The notes beneath the pieces were generated by a model. The model was not told the origin of the DNA, made no database searches, and saw only the letters and a list, made by a program, of their open reading frames with translations. Shown one piece after another: positions 9,531 to 19,869 of a DNA stretch of 64,000 nt (positions are counted from its first letter, which is position 1; each line of letters starts with the position of its first letter). The stretch covers positions 3,177 through 67,176 of the forward strand of contig CAUZVZ010000001.1 in NCBI GenBank assembly GCA_963583605.1, written 5' to 3'. The DNA comes from Gemmatimonadales bacterium UBA6960. GTDB taxonomy: Bacteria > Gemmatimonadota > Gemmatimonadetes > Longimicrobiales > Gaopeijiaceae. The position numbers and the translations under genes were made by a program.

Positions 9531-10575
9531 GCACCAGGGGGGAATTATTGAAGCCCAGGGACACTGTTAAGGTGACCTCCTCTCGAATTCCGCCTTCCCC
9601 TTTCGGGGCGTGACGTAGGACGAAAGAGCCGGTCCCGGCTTCACGGGTGTTGGCTCAATAAACGAGCCCCCCAGTACGCACTGCTTAATATAGGCCGCCG
9701 CCTCCACGGCTGTCCAGCGAAGCCTCAGTGATTGAACCCTCATTTGTTTCCAACTTTCCGGCCTCACCATGGGTATTTTTCCGCACTCAACACAATTTAC
9801 CCAACCGTGCGGGGCTGTAGTCGAGCCACACGATTCGTGTGAAATATCTATAACACGTTGTAAAACAACGATTTACAACCAACATCCAATGTGCGAGCGC
9901 TCTTGGAATCGAAACGGCACAGGACTTGTCGTAAACAGATCGTTAACCACAACGGAATTTTCTCGATCGAAATGCCTCATCGACATGAGAACTCGAGTTC
10001 ACGCAGATGGTTTTCTGGACATCTCCGACCGCCGTCGGGTGCGCACGCCCGGTAATCACGAGGTACGCGTAGACCCCTCCCCGGACGCGGAGGCCCTCTC
10101 TTTCCTTCTTTCGCACACCTTTCCGGGCCATCGAAAAATCGTTTGATCCATGACGGTTTCCGACCGGAAGCAGATTCAGCTCGCGATGTGGTCCGACTCT
10201 GTAAGTGAGCGGATGGGTCTCGTCGACCGGATTTGGCGCTGCATCACTGAGCCGAACGCACCGGGCAAGGCCTAGAGCCGGCCGAAATTGGTACAAGTGG
10301 TTTGCTACGGAACCTCCTGGGCTTTCCCGCTCTACTTGGACGGCTCCGTCACGCGGGTGCTCCCCCACGGTGGCGTGCCTGCTCCAGTCGCGAACAAAGA
10401 GCTTGGGAAGAAGCGACTCCACTTCAACTTGAAGAGTGCTTGCGCTGCGTCAGCGCCTGAGCCGGTCTTAGCGTCTCTTAGCCCGGCGCGTTGGCTGCGT
10501 CATCACCGTGACTACTCCCTCGAGGCAAGGGATGCTGTTGCGAATGGCCAACTCGGCGCGTCGGGTGACTCTTTT

Positions 10576-11970
10576 CTAGGAGCCCGGTAGTCCCGGTTCG
10601 GTCATGGCCCGGACGTCGAGCGCCCCGTCGATCTCCTCTGGCGCGAGCAGCCCCTTCTTTTCCACCACATCACGGACTGAAAGTCCGTCCCGAGCAGCCT
10701 CCTTGGCCACCTCAGTCGCCTTGTCGTAACCGATGTAGGGATTGAGCGCGGTGGCGATGGACGGGTTCTTTTCGAGAAGCTCCTTCGCTCGCGGCTCATT
10801 GGCCTCGATACCTGCGATACACCGATCCGCGAACGTCATCGCCACGTTGGAGAGCAAAGTGATGGACTCAAGCAGCGCTTGAGCGAGTACAGGCATCATC
10901 ACGTTCAGCTCGAAATTGCCCCGCTGGCCCGCGATGGTCACGGTAGCGTGATTCCCCATTACGCGCGCCGCCACCATCATCATCGCTTCGCACATCACCG
11001 GATTCACCTTTCCTGGCATGATGGAGCTGCCGGGCTGAACCGCGGGAAGCCAGATCTCCGAAATTCCGGACGTCGGTCCGCTCGCCAGCCATCTCACGTC
11101 ATCGGCGATCTTGAAGAAACTCGTCGCAATCGTATTCAGTGCACCCGCCGCGCTGACAGCGGCGTCCTTGGCTGCCTGTGCTTCGAAGTGATTCGCGGCC
11201 TCGCGGAACTCCACATCGAGCTCCCCTGAAACCAGCGCGATGGTGCGCGCGGCGAACTCGGCGTGTGTATTGATGCCGGTGCCCACGGCCGTTCCGCCAA
11301 GCGCGAGCTCAGCCAGCTCCTCCGAGGCGCGATGAACCCGCTCGATCCCCTTCGTGAGTTGGTGGGCATAACCACCGAACTGCTGGCCAAGCCGTACGGG
11401 GGTGGCGTCCATCAGGTGGGTCCGTCCGGACTTTACGACATGATCGAACGCCTCGGCCTTCACCGAGAGCGCGTCCCTCAGATGGGTAAGCGCCGGGATG
11501 AGTTCTCGCTCCATCGCAACACGCGCCGCGATATGGATGGCAGAGGGAATGACGTCGTTCGATGACTGCCCAAAGTTGACATGATCATTGGGATGCACCG
11601 ACCCGTCGCCTCCGACGATCTGGTTGGCGCGGTGAGCCACGACCTCATTGGCGTTCATGTTCGTCGAAGTGCCCGATCCGGTCTGGTAGATGTCCAGAAC
11701 GAACTCATCATCCCACTCACCCGCGGCCACTTCCGTCGCTGCCGCGGCGATGGCCTCGGCGATTTCCCCGTCCAAGTGGCCGAGTTCCTTGTTGGTGATC
11801 GCTGCGGCCTTCTTCAGCAGGCCGAGCGCATGGATGAAGCCACGCCCGAAGCGCTGGCCGCTGATAGGGAAGTTCTCGACCGCCCGCTGGGTCTGCGCGC
11901 CGTATAGCGCGTCCGTGGGTACGCGGACCGCGCCGAGAGAGTCTTTTTCTATACGATAGCCGTCCGGCAT
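10576..11970 (-). CDS. fumC: Class II fumarate hydratase
   Basis: Lies in ORF 10576..12126. Contains the signature GSSIMPGKVNP. Start set at ATG 11970 (MPDGYRIEKDSLGAVRVP) with GAGG upstream, giving a typical length of 464 aa. Confidence 0.95.
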   Translation of the reverse strand: MPDGYRIEKDSLGAVRVPTDALYGAQTQRAVENFPISGQRFGRGFIHALGLLKKAAAITNKELGHLDGEIAEAIAAAATEVAAGEWDDEFVLDIYQTGSGTSTNMNANEVVAHRANQIVGGDGSVHPNDHVNFGQSSNDVIPSAIHIAARVAMERELIPALTHLRDALSVKAEAFDHVVKSGRTHLMDATPVRLGQQFGGYAHQLTKGIERVHRASEELAELALGGTAVGTGINTHAEFAARTIALVSGELDVEFREAANHFEAQAAKDAAVSAAGALNTIATSFFKIADDVRWLASGPTSGISEIWLPAVQPGSSIMPGKVNPVMCEAMMMVAARVMGNHATVTIAGQRGNFELNVMMPVLAQALLESITLLSNVAMTFADRCIAGIEANEPRAKELLEKNPSIATALNPYIGYDKATEVAKEAARDGLSVRDVVEKKGLLAPEEIDGALDVRAMTEPGLPGS

Positions 11971-12007
11971 GGCTGCCTCATTCGTGATGGGTGGATCTAA
12001 ATCTATC

Positions 12008-12724
12008 CTACTTCTTCGGCGGGCGGCTCGGCCGCATCTCCACCCGACTGACGTGAGCGTTGTCCGGGTAGGAAAGAAGATGGAGCACGGCTGAGGCGAC
12101 ATCGTCCGCCCCCAAGGCCCAGGCACGTCCCCCTTCGGGATAGTCCCCGCCGAAGCGCGTGTCCACGCTCCCTGGCATTACGATGCTCACTCGGATTCCA
12201 GAGTGCCGAAGATCAAGCATCATGGCCTCCGTCATTCCTACCAGCCCGAACTTGCTCGCGTTGTACCCGCTACCGCCGGCGAAGGGGTTTCGGCCAGCGA
12301 GAGATCCGATGTTTACGATCCACCCCGCCGTCGCCTTGAGGTGCGGCACAGCCGCCTTCGAACAACAGTACACACCCCTGAGATTCGTATTGATCTGGGT
12401 CTGCCAGTCCTCGATGGACAGATCCTCGATGGACTGGAGGACCCCCACGCCGGCGTTGTTCACCAGAACGTCCAGGCGGCCCAAGGCATCCACCGTCTCC
12501 CGGACAAGGCGGAGGCAATCCTCAGTCCGGGACACATCGGCGGCGATGCCGACCACCCGGCCGGCGGAATCGGCGTCCACTTCCCCGGCTACGCGCTCGA
12601 CGTTTGACGAAGTCCGCGCGCTGACGACCACATCCGCTCCTGCCGCGGCAAGAGCCTCAGCTATGGCGCGTCCGATGCCCTTGGTGGCGCCGGTCACTAG
12701 ACACGCCCTTCCCGTCAAATCCAT
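12008..12724 (-). CDS. SDR family oxidoreductase
   Basis: This is the C-terminal 238 aa of ORF 12008..13618, starting MDLTGRACLVTGATKGIGRAIA. It has NNAG and YNASK motifs. The upstream part of the ORF is antisense to the next SDR gene. Confidence 0.85.
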   Translation of the reverse strand: MDLTGRACLVTGATKGIGRAIAEALAAAGADVVVSARTSSNVERVAGEVDADSAGRVVGIAADVSRTEDCLRLVRETVDALGRLDVLVNNAGVGVLQSIEDLSIEDWQTQINTNLRGVYCCSKAAVPHLKATAGWIVNIGSLAGRNPFAGGSGYNASKFGLVGMTEAMMLDLRHSGIRVSIVMPGSVDTRFGGDYPEGGRAWALGADDVASAVLHLLSYPDNAHVSRVEMRPSRPPKK

Positions 12725-12793
12725 CTTGCTCGTCTCCAGTATGCGGGTCTCAGTTCGCTTGCCCACCATGAACCGTGTCGTAGCTTCCAGCCC

Positions 12794-13531
12794 ATGTCTT
12801 CGGTCGCTCTCGTCACAGGTGGTGCGGTCCGCGCCGGACGTGCCATCACGCTCGCCCTGGCCGATGCCGGCTATGACATGGTTGTGAACTACCACTCGTC
12901 CGAGGCGCCCGCCAGAACTCTCGAGGCGGAACTCATCAGCCAGGGTCGAGAAGTCCTCTTGGCACCGGGCGACGTTTCGGACGCCTCGGCGGTCGAGCGG
13001 ATTGGGCAGGCCGTCCGGGAGCGGTTCGGACGCCTGGACGTTCTCGTCAACAGTGCAGCGACTTTTATTTCCACTTCGCTCCTCGAAATCGAGTCGGAGG
13101 AGTGGGACCGCGTCATGGGGGTCAACCTCAAGGGTCCACACCTGCTGGTACGCGAATTCGCGCCCCTTCTTCGCTCCTCGAGGGGCGCGGTCGTGAACGT
13201 CGCGGACCACATGGGCCTGAAACCCTGGGTCCGGTACGCGCATCATTCGATCGCCAAAGCGGGGCTCGTGCATCTCACTCGAATCCAGGCCGTGGCGTTG
13301 GCGCCCGAAGTGAGGGTCAACGCCGTGGCCCCCGGCCTCGTGCTCGCCCCGGAGAGCATGTCTGAAGCGGCGGTGGAGAGGGAAATCCAGTCTACGCCGC
13401 TCCAAAGACCCGGAACTCCCGAGGACGTGACGCGCACCGTGCTCTTTCTTGTGGAGTCGCCGTTCATCACCGGTCAGACCATCGTGGTGGACGGCGGCGG
13501 GACACTCGACGAGACACCGGGGCACTATTAG
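12794..13531 (+). CDS. SDR family oxidoreductase (pteridine-reductase-like)
   Basis: 245 aa with VALVTGGAVRAGRAI, NSAA and RVNAVAPG motifs. Divergent from the other SDR gene. Confidence 0.85.
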   Translation: MSSVALVTGGAVRAGRAITLALADAGYDMVVNYHSSEAPARTLEAELISQGREVLLAPGDVSDASAVERIGQAVRERFGRLDVLVNSAATFISTSLLEIESEEWDRVMGVNLKGPHLLVREFAPLLRSSRGAVVNVADHMGLKPWVRYAHHSIAKAGLVHLTRIQAVALAPEVRVNAVAPGLVLAPESMSEAAVEREIQSTPLQRPGTPEDVTRTVLFLVESPFITGQTIVVDGGGTLDETPGHY

Positions 13532-13586
13532 GCAACCGCTTTCTTGGGCCGCCAAGCCGAGGAGCCGCCAAGCCGGGGGGGGGCGC

Positions 13587-14573
13587 CTAGCCGGCTGCTG
13601 CGTCCGCCGGTCCACCATGTGTGAGCCAGCGCTCAGCCTCGAGGGCCGCCATACAACCGGTCCCCGCCGCCGTAACGGCCTGCTTGAAGAAATCGTCCAT
13701 CACATCGCCGGCGGCGAATACCCCTGGAACGGACGTGGCAGTCCTCCATGATGTGGCCGTCTCGACGAAGCCGTTTTCCTTGAGCGCCACTTGGCCGTTC
13801 AAGAAAGCGGTGTTGGGATCGTGCCCGATCGCGACGAACAACCCGCCGACTTCGAGTTGCCGCTCCTCACCGGTAACGGTGTCCCGAAGTAGCACACTGG
13901 TGATCACGCCGTCTCCCAAAATATCTACCACGGTCTGGTTCCACTCGAAGCGAATCTTTTCTTCCGCGAACGCCCTTTCCTGCATGATCTTGGACGCCCG
14001 CAACTCGTCCCGCCGATGAATGACGACCACCTCTTTGCCGAACTTGGCCATGTAGAGAGCGTCCTCAATCGCGCTGTCACCCCCCCCGACGATCGCGATC
14101 ACTTGGTCCCGGAAGTGGGGAAGCGCACCGTCGCAGACCGCACACGCGGACACGCCGCCCCCGCTCTGTGCGAGGCGCTCCTCGTTTTCCAGGCCGATCC
14201 AATTGGCGTTGGCCCCCGTCGCGATGATCACCGCGTCGCTCTCGATATCCGTGCCGCCGCGGGTCTTCAGCCGGAGGGGGCGCACCGAAAAGTCCACCTC
14301 AGCCACGTCCTCCGTTATCACACGCGTGTTGAAGCGCACTGCTTGCGCCTTGAAATCGGCCATCATGTCGATGCCAGTCACGCCCTCCGGAAAGCCGGGG
14401 TAGTTCTCGACCTCCGTCGTGAACATGAGTTGACCTCCGGGAACCATGGTGCGGCTGCCGGCGCCCTCCACGACGAGGGGAGAAAGATCGGCACGGGCCG
14501 CGTAGATGGCAGCCGTCCAAGCTGCCGGCCCTGATCCGATGATGACGACTTGTTCGTGCTGATGCTCAGACAT
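13587..14573 (-). CDS. trxB: Thioredoxin-disulfide reductase
   Basis: 328 aa with VVIIGSGPAAWTAAIYAAR, the redox site CAVCDG and a GGGDSA NADPH motif. Confidence 0.95.
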   Translation of the reverse strand: MSEHQHEQVVIIGSGPAAWTAAIYAARADLSPLVVEGAGSRTMVPGGQLMFTTEVENYPGFPEGVTGIDMMADFKAQAVRFNTRVITEDVAEVDFSVRPLRLKTRGGTDIESDAVIIATGANANWIGLENEERLAQSGGGVSACAVCDGALPHFRDQVIAIVGGGDSAIEDALYMAKFGKEVVVIHRRDELRASKIMQERAFAEEKIRFEWNQTVVDILGDGVITSVLLRDTVTGEERQLEVGGLFVAIGHDPNTAFLNGQVALKENGFVETATSWRTATSVPGVFAAGDVMDDFFKQAVTAAGTGCMAALEAERWLTHGGPADAAAG

Positions 14574-14800
14574 CGTCCGACTTTCCTGGAGTGAGCATTA
14601 CCTTGGCCCGCACCTCAGCGGCGGGCCCGCTTCCACCTGCCTAACCCATGGTAGTTCCTGAGGTTGGGCGGAGTCTACCTGTCCTTGAAAGGGGCGAGCT
14701 TGGTAGATGGCCGGGTGAAACGGCCTCCAAGAATAACCCCCGGTCGAACCACATCCAACCGAATGAGAGGCCTGCTGAGGAAGTACAGCGGACCTCTAGA

Positions 14801-16051
14801 TCAGCCCGTGGTACTCTCCTCCGTCCTCTCATACAACTCCGAGCGCCGGTACCGCTCCAGTCCCCGACCCGCCAACAATTTGACACCCACAGCCAGTGGA
14901 ACGCCGATCAGCAGTCCCACGAATCCGAAGAAGAATCCTCCCACGGACAGCGCCAGGACAATCCAAACTGGATGTAGTCCTACCGACTCGCCGACGATCC
15001 TGGGACTGATGACGGCCCCCTCCAAAATCTGAACCGATCCGTAGACGACGGCGACCTTGACCAGGGACACCAGCACACTGCCGCTGACCAGGGCGACGAT
15101 CACCGCAGGAATGATGCTGAGGACCAGCCCCAGAAAGGGGATGAGCCCCATGACTCCGGCCAGAGCTCCCAAGAGGAAGGGGTACTGAAAACGCACGACG
15201 AACAGCAGCGTGCCGGTCATGACTCCGAGGATGAGCGCCACCGTCAACTGTCCGCGCAGATACCTTGCGAGCAGCGTGTCGTACTCGCGTGCGAACTCCA
15301 CAACCCCCGCTTCACGGCCCCGCGGAAGGAGCCCCCGCAACCAAGCGAGGATGCGGTCATAGTCGCGAAGAAGATAGAACGTGAGAACCGGTGTCAGGAT
15401 CACGTACCCGGCCACGGTGGCGGCGGACCCGACACCACGGCCCAGCCCCAGAATACCTCGCCATCCGCCGCTGACCAACCGCTCGCGGCGCTCCTGAAGG
15501 AGGGCGACGATCTGCTCAGGATCCAGGGCCGCCAGATCGGGAATGGCATTTTCATCGAGGCCCGGAATGCCCACGAGGAATTCTCGAAGCCCGCTGTACC
15601 ATCCTCCAACTCGCGCAAGCAACTCGGGGGCGGCCTGGACGAGCTCGTCGACTTGGCCCACGGCCGCCGGGATCCCGTACAGAACGGCCGCCGCTCCCGC
15701 CCCCACCACCGGCAACGCCAATAAAACGATCGCGGCGGTCCGCCCCACGCGGCGCTCCACCAACGCGTCCACGAGCGGGTCGAGCACGTATGCGAAGCCG
15801 AAGCCGAGAACAAAGGGAGCCAGCAGGAATCCCGTGGTAACCAGCAGCCAGTAAAGCGTGAGGATGGCGGCCACGAGAACGAGCAGGCCGTGCCCGGGCA
15901 TTCCCCGAAAGGGAAGCAGTACAACGACCAGGATCCAGAAGAAGACGAACGGGTTCAGCAGTCCCCACACATTCACGAGCAACACACCGAAGACGAGGAG
16001 CGCGACCACCGCCTGAAGGACCTGCCAGACCTGAAGTCGTCCCTCCGTCAC
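14801..16051 (-). CDS. AI-2E family (PerM-like) transporter
   Basis: 416 aa, multi-TM, with typical AI-2E family blocks ([16 protein letters not shown]..., [14 protein letters not shown]). Confidence 0.8.
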   Translation of the reverse strand: MTEGRLQVWQVLQAVVALLVFGVLLVNVWGLLNPFVFFWILVVVLLPFRGMPGHGLLVLVAAILTLYWLLVTTGFLLAPFVLGFGFAYVLDPLVDALVERRVGRTAAIVLLALPVVGAGAAAVLYGIPAAVGQVDELVQAAPELLARVGGWYSGLREFLVGIPGLDENAIPDLAALDPEQIVALLQERRERLVSGGWRGILGLGRGVGSAATVAGYVILTPVLTFYLLRDYDRILAWLRGLLPRGREAGVVEFAREYDTLLARYLRGQLTVALILGVMTGTLLFVVRFQYPFLLGALAGVMGLIPFLGLVLSIIPAVIVALVSGSVLVSLVKVAVVYGSVQILEGAVISPRIVGESVGLHPVWIVLALSVGGFFFGFVGLLIGVPLAVGVKLLAGRGLERYRRSELYERTEESTTG

Positions 16052-16521
16052 AACAATGCGTCCGCTTCGCCCGAGTTCAGTACGTCCGCCGCACGCACCA
16101 CGACCTCCCGGGCGTTATCGTACGCCACCGTCACGATCGCTTCCTTCACGGGAAGCCACAGACACTTGGTGATCCCCTCCGACACTTTCGGGGTCGTGTC
16201 TCCGTTCGGGGAGGCCATCAGGAAGTAGTCGCAAAATTTGTGCACGAGGTCACCCTTGAACTTGAAGTACCAGTCGATGGTGCCGAGCGAAGGACCCGCA
16301 TCGATATTCGTCAGCCCGGTTTCCTCACGCACCTCTCGCAATGCAGCCTCACGGGAACTCTCACCATTCTCGACATGGCCTTTCGGTAGCCCCCACTTGC
16401 CATATGGATCGCAGATCAACAGCACGTGCACGGTGCCGTCCATATGCCGAGCGACTACGCCGCCGGAGCTGTGTTCGATTCTCGCCTTCGGTTTGGTCAC
16501 AGAGCGGGGGGTATCAATCAA
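16048..16521 (-). CDS. NUDIX hydrolase
   Basis: 157 aa with a Nudix box, [26 protein letters not shown]. It overlaps both neighbouring genes by 4 nt. Confidence 0.85.
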   Translation of the reverse strand: MIDTPRSVTKPKARIEHSSGGVVARHMDGTVHVLLICDPYGKWGLPKGHVENGESSREAALREVREETGLTNIDAGPSLGTIDWYFKFKGDLVHKFCDYFLMASPNGDTTPKVSEGITKCLWLPVKEAIVTVAYDNAREVVVRAADVLNSGEADALL

Positions 16522-17528
16522 AAAATCGAAAGGCGCACGTACTTCTGCGGATTCGCTCGAAGATCCTCCATGAGAAGGTTCAACTCCTCGACGAGGTTCT
16601 CAGCGCGACTCCCCAGTAGGGTATCGGAAAGCAGTCGTCCGAGCGACCCCTCCCCACCCTCGAGACTGCTTGTGATGCGATTCAGCGAAAGGAATGTCGA
16701 GTCCGCCAGAGTCAGGGTTCCGGAAAGACTCTGCGAGGCCGCTGAGATGTCCGCCGAGACGCCGCGGAGCTCGGCGGTGATGACTCTCGTGTTCACAAAG
16801 ATCGAATCGACGTCACCGGAAGCCAGCAACGCATCGATCCGCTCCAGCGACTGGCGGGCCGTACCCAGAACCAACGAGATCTCAGTGCTCGAAGTCCGTA
16901 CGTCTTCGGCGATTCCCAAAAACTGGTCACTTTGCTCGTCGACCAGGCGTGCAAGGGTCGCTGTGAACTCCTCCATGTTGTCGATGGCCTGCGAGATCTG
17001 GCCCGTGGTCTCCTCTCCGAACGCCCGGTCGAAACGATCCGTGAGAGACGCCACATTCTGGGCGACTTCATCAGCAACGGCGGTCAGGCGGGAGAGGTCG
17101 GGAAGCATGTACCCCCCCAGCACTCGAACGCCGTCGCGGAGCCGCTCGTCGGCAGGTATCTCATAGTAATCGTACAGAGGAAACCGGAACCGCGAAACGA
17201 TCTCGGCCTGCCAATCCCCGAACAGGGACTCAGGAGCGATCACCACGACCGCATCATCCGCCACAAGCCCATCCCCTTCCAGCAGCAGCGTGACCCGGAC
17301 GGCGTCGCCACCCGCCTCGAGAGAGATGCTGCCGACGCGTCCGATGTTCACACCTCGGGACGTCACCACATTGCCGACGGAAAGCTGACCGACATCTGTC
17401 ATCAAGACGTGGACTTCCGTCTGTACGCTTCCGAACCGCCTGCCCTGGAGCCAAAGTGTTCCGAACACCGCGACCACGATCCCGAGCAGCACGACAACGC
17501 CGGCCAGCAACTCCATGCGGCGCTTCAT
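16518..17528 (-). CDS. mlaD: MlaD/MCE family substrate-binding protein
   Basis: 336 aa with an N-terminal TM helix ([17 protein letters not shown]) followed by an MCE domain ([20 protein letters not shown]). Confidence 0.8.
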   Translation of the reverse strand: MKRRMELLAGVVVLLGIVVAVFGTLWLQGRRFGSVQTEVHVLMTDVGQLSVGNVVTSRGVNIGRVGSISLEAGGDAVRVTLLLEGDGLVADDAVVVIAPESLFGDWQAEIVSRFRFPLYDYYEIPADERLRDGVRVLGGYMLPDLSRLTAVADEVAQNVASLTDRFDRAFGEETTGQISQAIDNMEEFTATLARLVDEQSDQFLGIAEDVRTSSTEISLVLGTARQSLERIDALLASGDVDSIFVNTRVITAELRGVSADISAASQSLSGTLTLADSTFLSLNRITSSLEGGEGSLGRLLSDTLLGSRAENLVEELNLLMEDLRANPQKYVRLSIF

Positions 17529-18270
17529 GAAGCGCCGCTAGTTCAGGGCGTCCCTCGATGAACGACCTGAGAAGGGGGTCGTTCGACTCTTTGATCTCGT
17601 CTACGGTCCCGCTAGTCCGGAAACGGCCGTCGTGGAGCATCGCAATCCGGTCGGAAATCCGGTACGCACTCTCTATATCGTGCGTGATGACGACACCCGT
17701 CACACCGAGTTTCTCCTTCATCCGAACGATCAGCCGGTCGATTACCGTCACGGTGACCGGATCCAATCCCGTCGTCGGTTCATCATAAAGCAGATACTTC
17801 GGCTTCGTCGTGATGGCCCGGGCGAGCCCGGCCCGCTTCAGCATCCCACCGGACAACTCCGGCGGATACCGGTCTCCTATCCCATCCAGATCGACAAGCC
17901 CCAGACACTCACGCACACGGGAGTCGATCTCCTCTTCATACATCCCCGGGATGCGCCGAAGCCCCATCGCGACATTGTCGGCAATGTTCATGGAGTCGAA
18001 GAGTGCGGCGAACTGAAAAACGTAGCCGATGTCACGGCGAAGCTGGTTGAGCTCCTCAACGTCGAGTTCACTGAGGTTCTGGCCGTCCACCACGACCTCA
18101 CCAGAGTCGGGGCGCATCAAGCCGACAATGTGCTTGAGAATCACGGACTTGCCGGCTCCGGAGAACCCGATGACGCTGAGTGTTTCCCCGTCCTGGACCG
18201 CGAGATCCAATCCCCGGAGGACTCGGTTCTTGCCGAACGCCCGACGGACGTCACTGAGCACGATGCTCAC
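17254..18270 (-). CDS. mlaF: ABC transporter ATP-binding protein (MlaF-like) with aberrant C-terminal read-through
   Basis: GTG start at 18270, in a GTGA overlap with the mlaE stop. Contains Walker A GFSGAGKS, LSGGMLKRAGLARA and Walker B LLYDEPTTGLD. The frame has no stop until 17254, so about 90 Arg-rich codons overlap mlaD out of frame. Confidence 0.8.
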   Translation of the reverse strand: MSIVLSDVRRAFGKNRVLRGLDLAVQDGETLSVIGFSGAGKSVILKHIVGLMRPDSGEVVVDGQNLSELDVEELNQLRRDIGYVFQFAALFDSMNIADNVAMGLRRIPGMYEEEIDSRVRECLGLVDLDGIGDRYPPELSGGMLKRAGLARAITTKPKYLLYDEPTTGLDPVTVTVIDRLIVRMKEKLGVTGVVITHDIESAYRISDRIAMLHDGRFRTSGTVDEIKESNDPLLRSFIEGRPELAALHEAPHGVAGRRCRAARDRGRGVRNTLAPGQAVRKRTDGSPRLDDRCRSAFRRQCGDVPRCEHRTRRQHLSRGGWRRRPGHAAAGRGWACGG

Positions 18271-19049
18271 AGCAGGACTACCGCCCAAAACGCGTCCAGA
18301 ACCAGGATCAGCATGCTCGACACGACCACCGCGCGGGTCGTGGCCACCCCGACGCCCCCCGCTCCACCCTTCGCGTGGAACCCATAGAACGACCCTACCC
18401 CGGTCACGATGATCCCGAAGCTCAGACTCTTGATGGCCGCGAACTGGACGTCCCACGGCTGGAAGAAGAGCCGGAGGCCCCGGACGAAGTCGGCGGTCGA
18501 CATGTCGAGTAGAGTGAGCGAGGCCAACCACCCCGCCAGAATCCCCATCGCCGAGGCCAGCACGATGACGACCGGAAACATGAGCGCGCCGGCGAGTACG
18601 CGCGGCACGACCAGATACGCCAAGGGATCGTACGCGAGTGTCTCCAGCGCGTCGATCTACTCGGTGACGCGCATGGTCCCCAATTCGGCGGCCGTGCTGG
18701 CGCCTACCCGTCCCGCCAGGGAGAGACCGGTGAGCACCGGGCCCAACTCGAGGATCATCGACTTCCCCACCATAGTCCCCACCAAGTATATGGGGACGGC
18801 GCCAGTCAGCGTGTACGACGCTTGGAGCGCCAGCACAATGCCCGTGAACGTCGCGATGAAGAGCGCGATCGGAATGGACGCCACACCCACGCCGATCAGC
18901 TGTGTCACCACGCGCGGGCCCCAAATTTCGACGTTTCTGAGCGCGCGCAGCGCCCCGGTGGTGAGGTAGCCGGCCTTTCCGAGCGATCGAACGCTATTGA
19001 TCGACCAGCGTCCCAAGTACTCGACCGGGGTCAACACGAAACCGTTCAT
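18267..19049 (-). pseudogene. mlaE: MlaE-like ABC permease interrupted by an in-frame TAG
   Basis: ORFs 18657..19049 and 18267..18623 are one frame split by TAG at 18657-18659: ...[28 protein letters not shown]. The conserved permease motif is TEQIDA, so this is a Gln-to-stop change (CAG->TAG). Confidence 0.8.
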
Positions 19050-19073
19050 GACTCAAAGATAAGGCCTGCGGCC

Positions 19074-19424
19074 TCAGGGAGCCGGTACGCTGTCCTCGAG
19101 CGTGTAGATCACTTCCTCCAGGCCGCCGTCCCCTGTTGGGATCATGCAGGTGACCTGGACCCGGTGGACGCATCCGGCGGGATCCAACACGACAACTTCC
19201 ATGTCCAGTCCCTGTCCCTCCGAAACGATCCTCGTGCGGACCTTTTCGGAGGGTTCCTCCCTCCTGCTGGACGTCGGGTTTCGGAAGAGCGTCTTGGTGG
19301 ACTGGCGCCCACTGTCGAGGGTACGTGTGACCTTGACTAACCGCAGCCAATCAGGCTGATAGTTGAGCCGGTACTCGTACCCATGCTGGTCCACCCCCTT
19401 ACCCTCTCGGTTGTGCCGCCCCAT
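19074..19424 (-). CDS. Hypothetical protein
   Basis: 116-aa ORF at the head of the mla operon, same strand. No family recognised. Confidence 0.45.
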   Translation of the reverse strand: MGRHNREGKGVDQHGYEYRLNYQPDWLRLVKVTRTLDSGRQSTKTLFRNPTSSRREEPSEKVRTRIVSEGQGLDMEVVVLDPAGCVHRVQVTCMIPTGDGGLEEVIYTLEDSVPAP

Positions 19425-19671
19425 ATAACCTCCGAAGAATTACGAAAAAACCAGAAGTAAACTAATGTTTTTCGGGGTGCCCAAAATGTCAATGTTCTTG
19501 TTGTTGTGGAAGTTGAGAAACTCCTTTCCGGGAAACATCTTTCGCCCCACGAGGCTCCCCCTAAATCCGTCAAATCAGAGCCGTCTTGGATCCGGTGTGG
19601 GACCGATGACAAATGCCAAGATTGACGTTCTCAGAACCCTCTGATCTTCGGGTTGGAAGTTAGAAAAACTC

Positions 19672-19700
19672 TTGACCCCCCCGGTGTCGCTCATTACAAT
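19672..19700 (+). promoter_or_regulatory. Sigma70-like promoter candidate for rho
   Basis: TTGACC (19672-19677), a 17-nt spacer, then TACAAT (19695-19700). It lies about 170 nt upstream of the rho GTG, implying a long leader. Confidence 0.5.
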
Positions 19701-19869
19701 CGGATCAACTTCCCCGTAAGCTTCATATGTCTTTCTAGGTATTCCGCCAATGCGGAATTCACCGCACTTCCTTGCAGGTCGCAGGCGTGCCCCTCCCCGT
19801 GAATCTTCCAGCCACCGACCCATCGTATCAGCCATCCAACCGTTAGCGGGTAAGGCCCTGGAGTAGTCC

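Noticed and set aside
9567-9770. 67-aa minus-strand ORF inside the gap as a real small protein.
   Set aside because: There is no convincing SD, the composition is atypical and no motif is recognisable. It is kept only as part of the gap finding.
9480-10575. tmRNA, RNase P RNA or SRP RNA in the large non-coding gap.
   Set aside because: I found only partial look-alikes. GTCGACCGGATTTGGCG resembles the tmRNA 5' TTCGACGGGATTTGCG. GCCGCCGCCTCCACGG resembles a tRNA-like 3' end. CGGAAGCAG resembles the SRP motif. There is no T-arm or CCA end and no tag ORF. There is no GGAAAGTCCGGGC P4 motif, and the spacing is wrong. A covariance-model search is needed before any call.
12725-13618. N-terminal 300 aa of the 536-aa ORF 12008..13618. 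Similar long ORFs include 18271..18924, 27367..27870, 35550..36224, 38852..39667, 39972..40991, 41806..42555, 42158..43084, 48583..49677 and 62628..63602.
   Set aside because: These are Arg/Pro/Gly-rich antisense or out-of-frame ORFs, typical of high-GC DNA. Each overlaps a gene with clear family motifs on the other strand or in another frame.
14690-14770. tRNA-like signal (GGTTCGACC on the minus strand) in the trxB / AI-2E intergenic region.
   Set aside because: I could not build a cloverleaf. There are no complementary T-stem arms and no acceptor stem.
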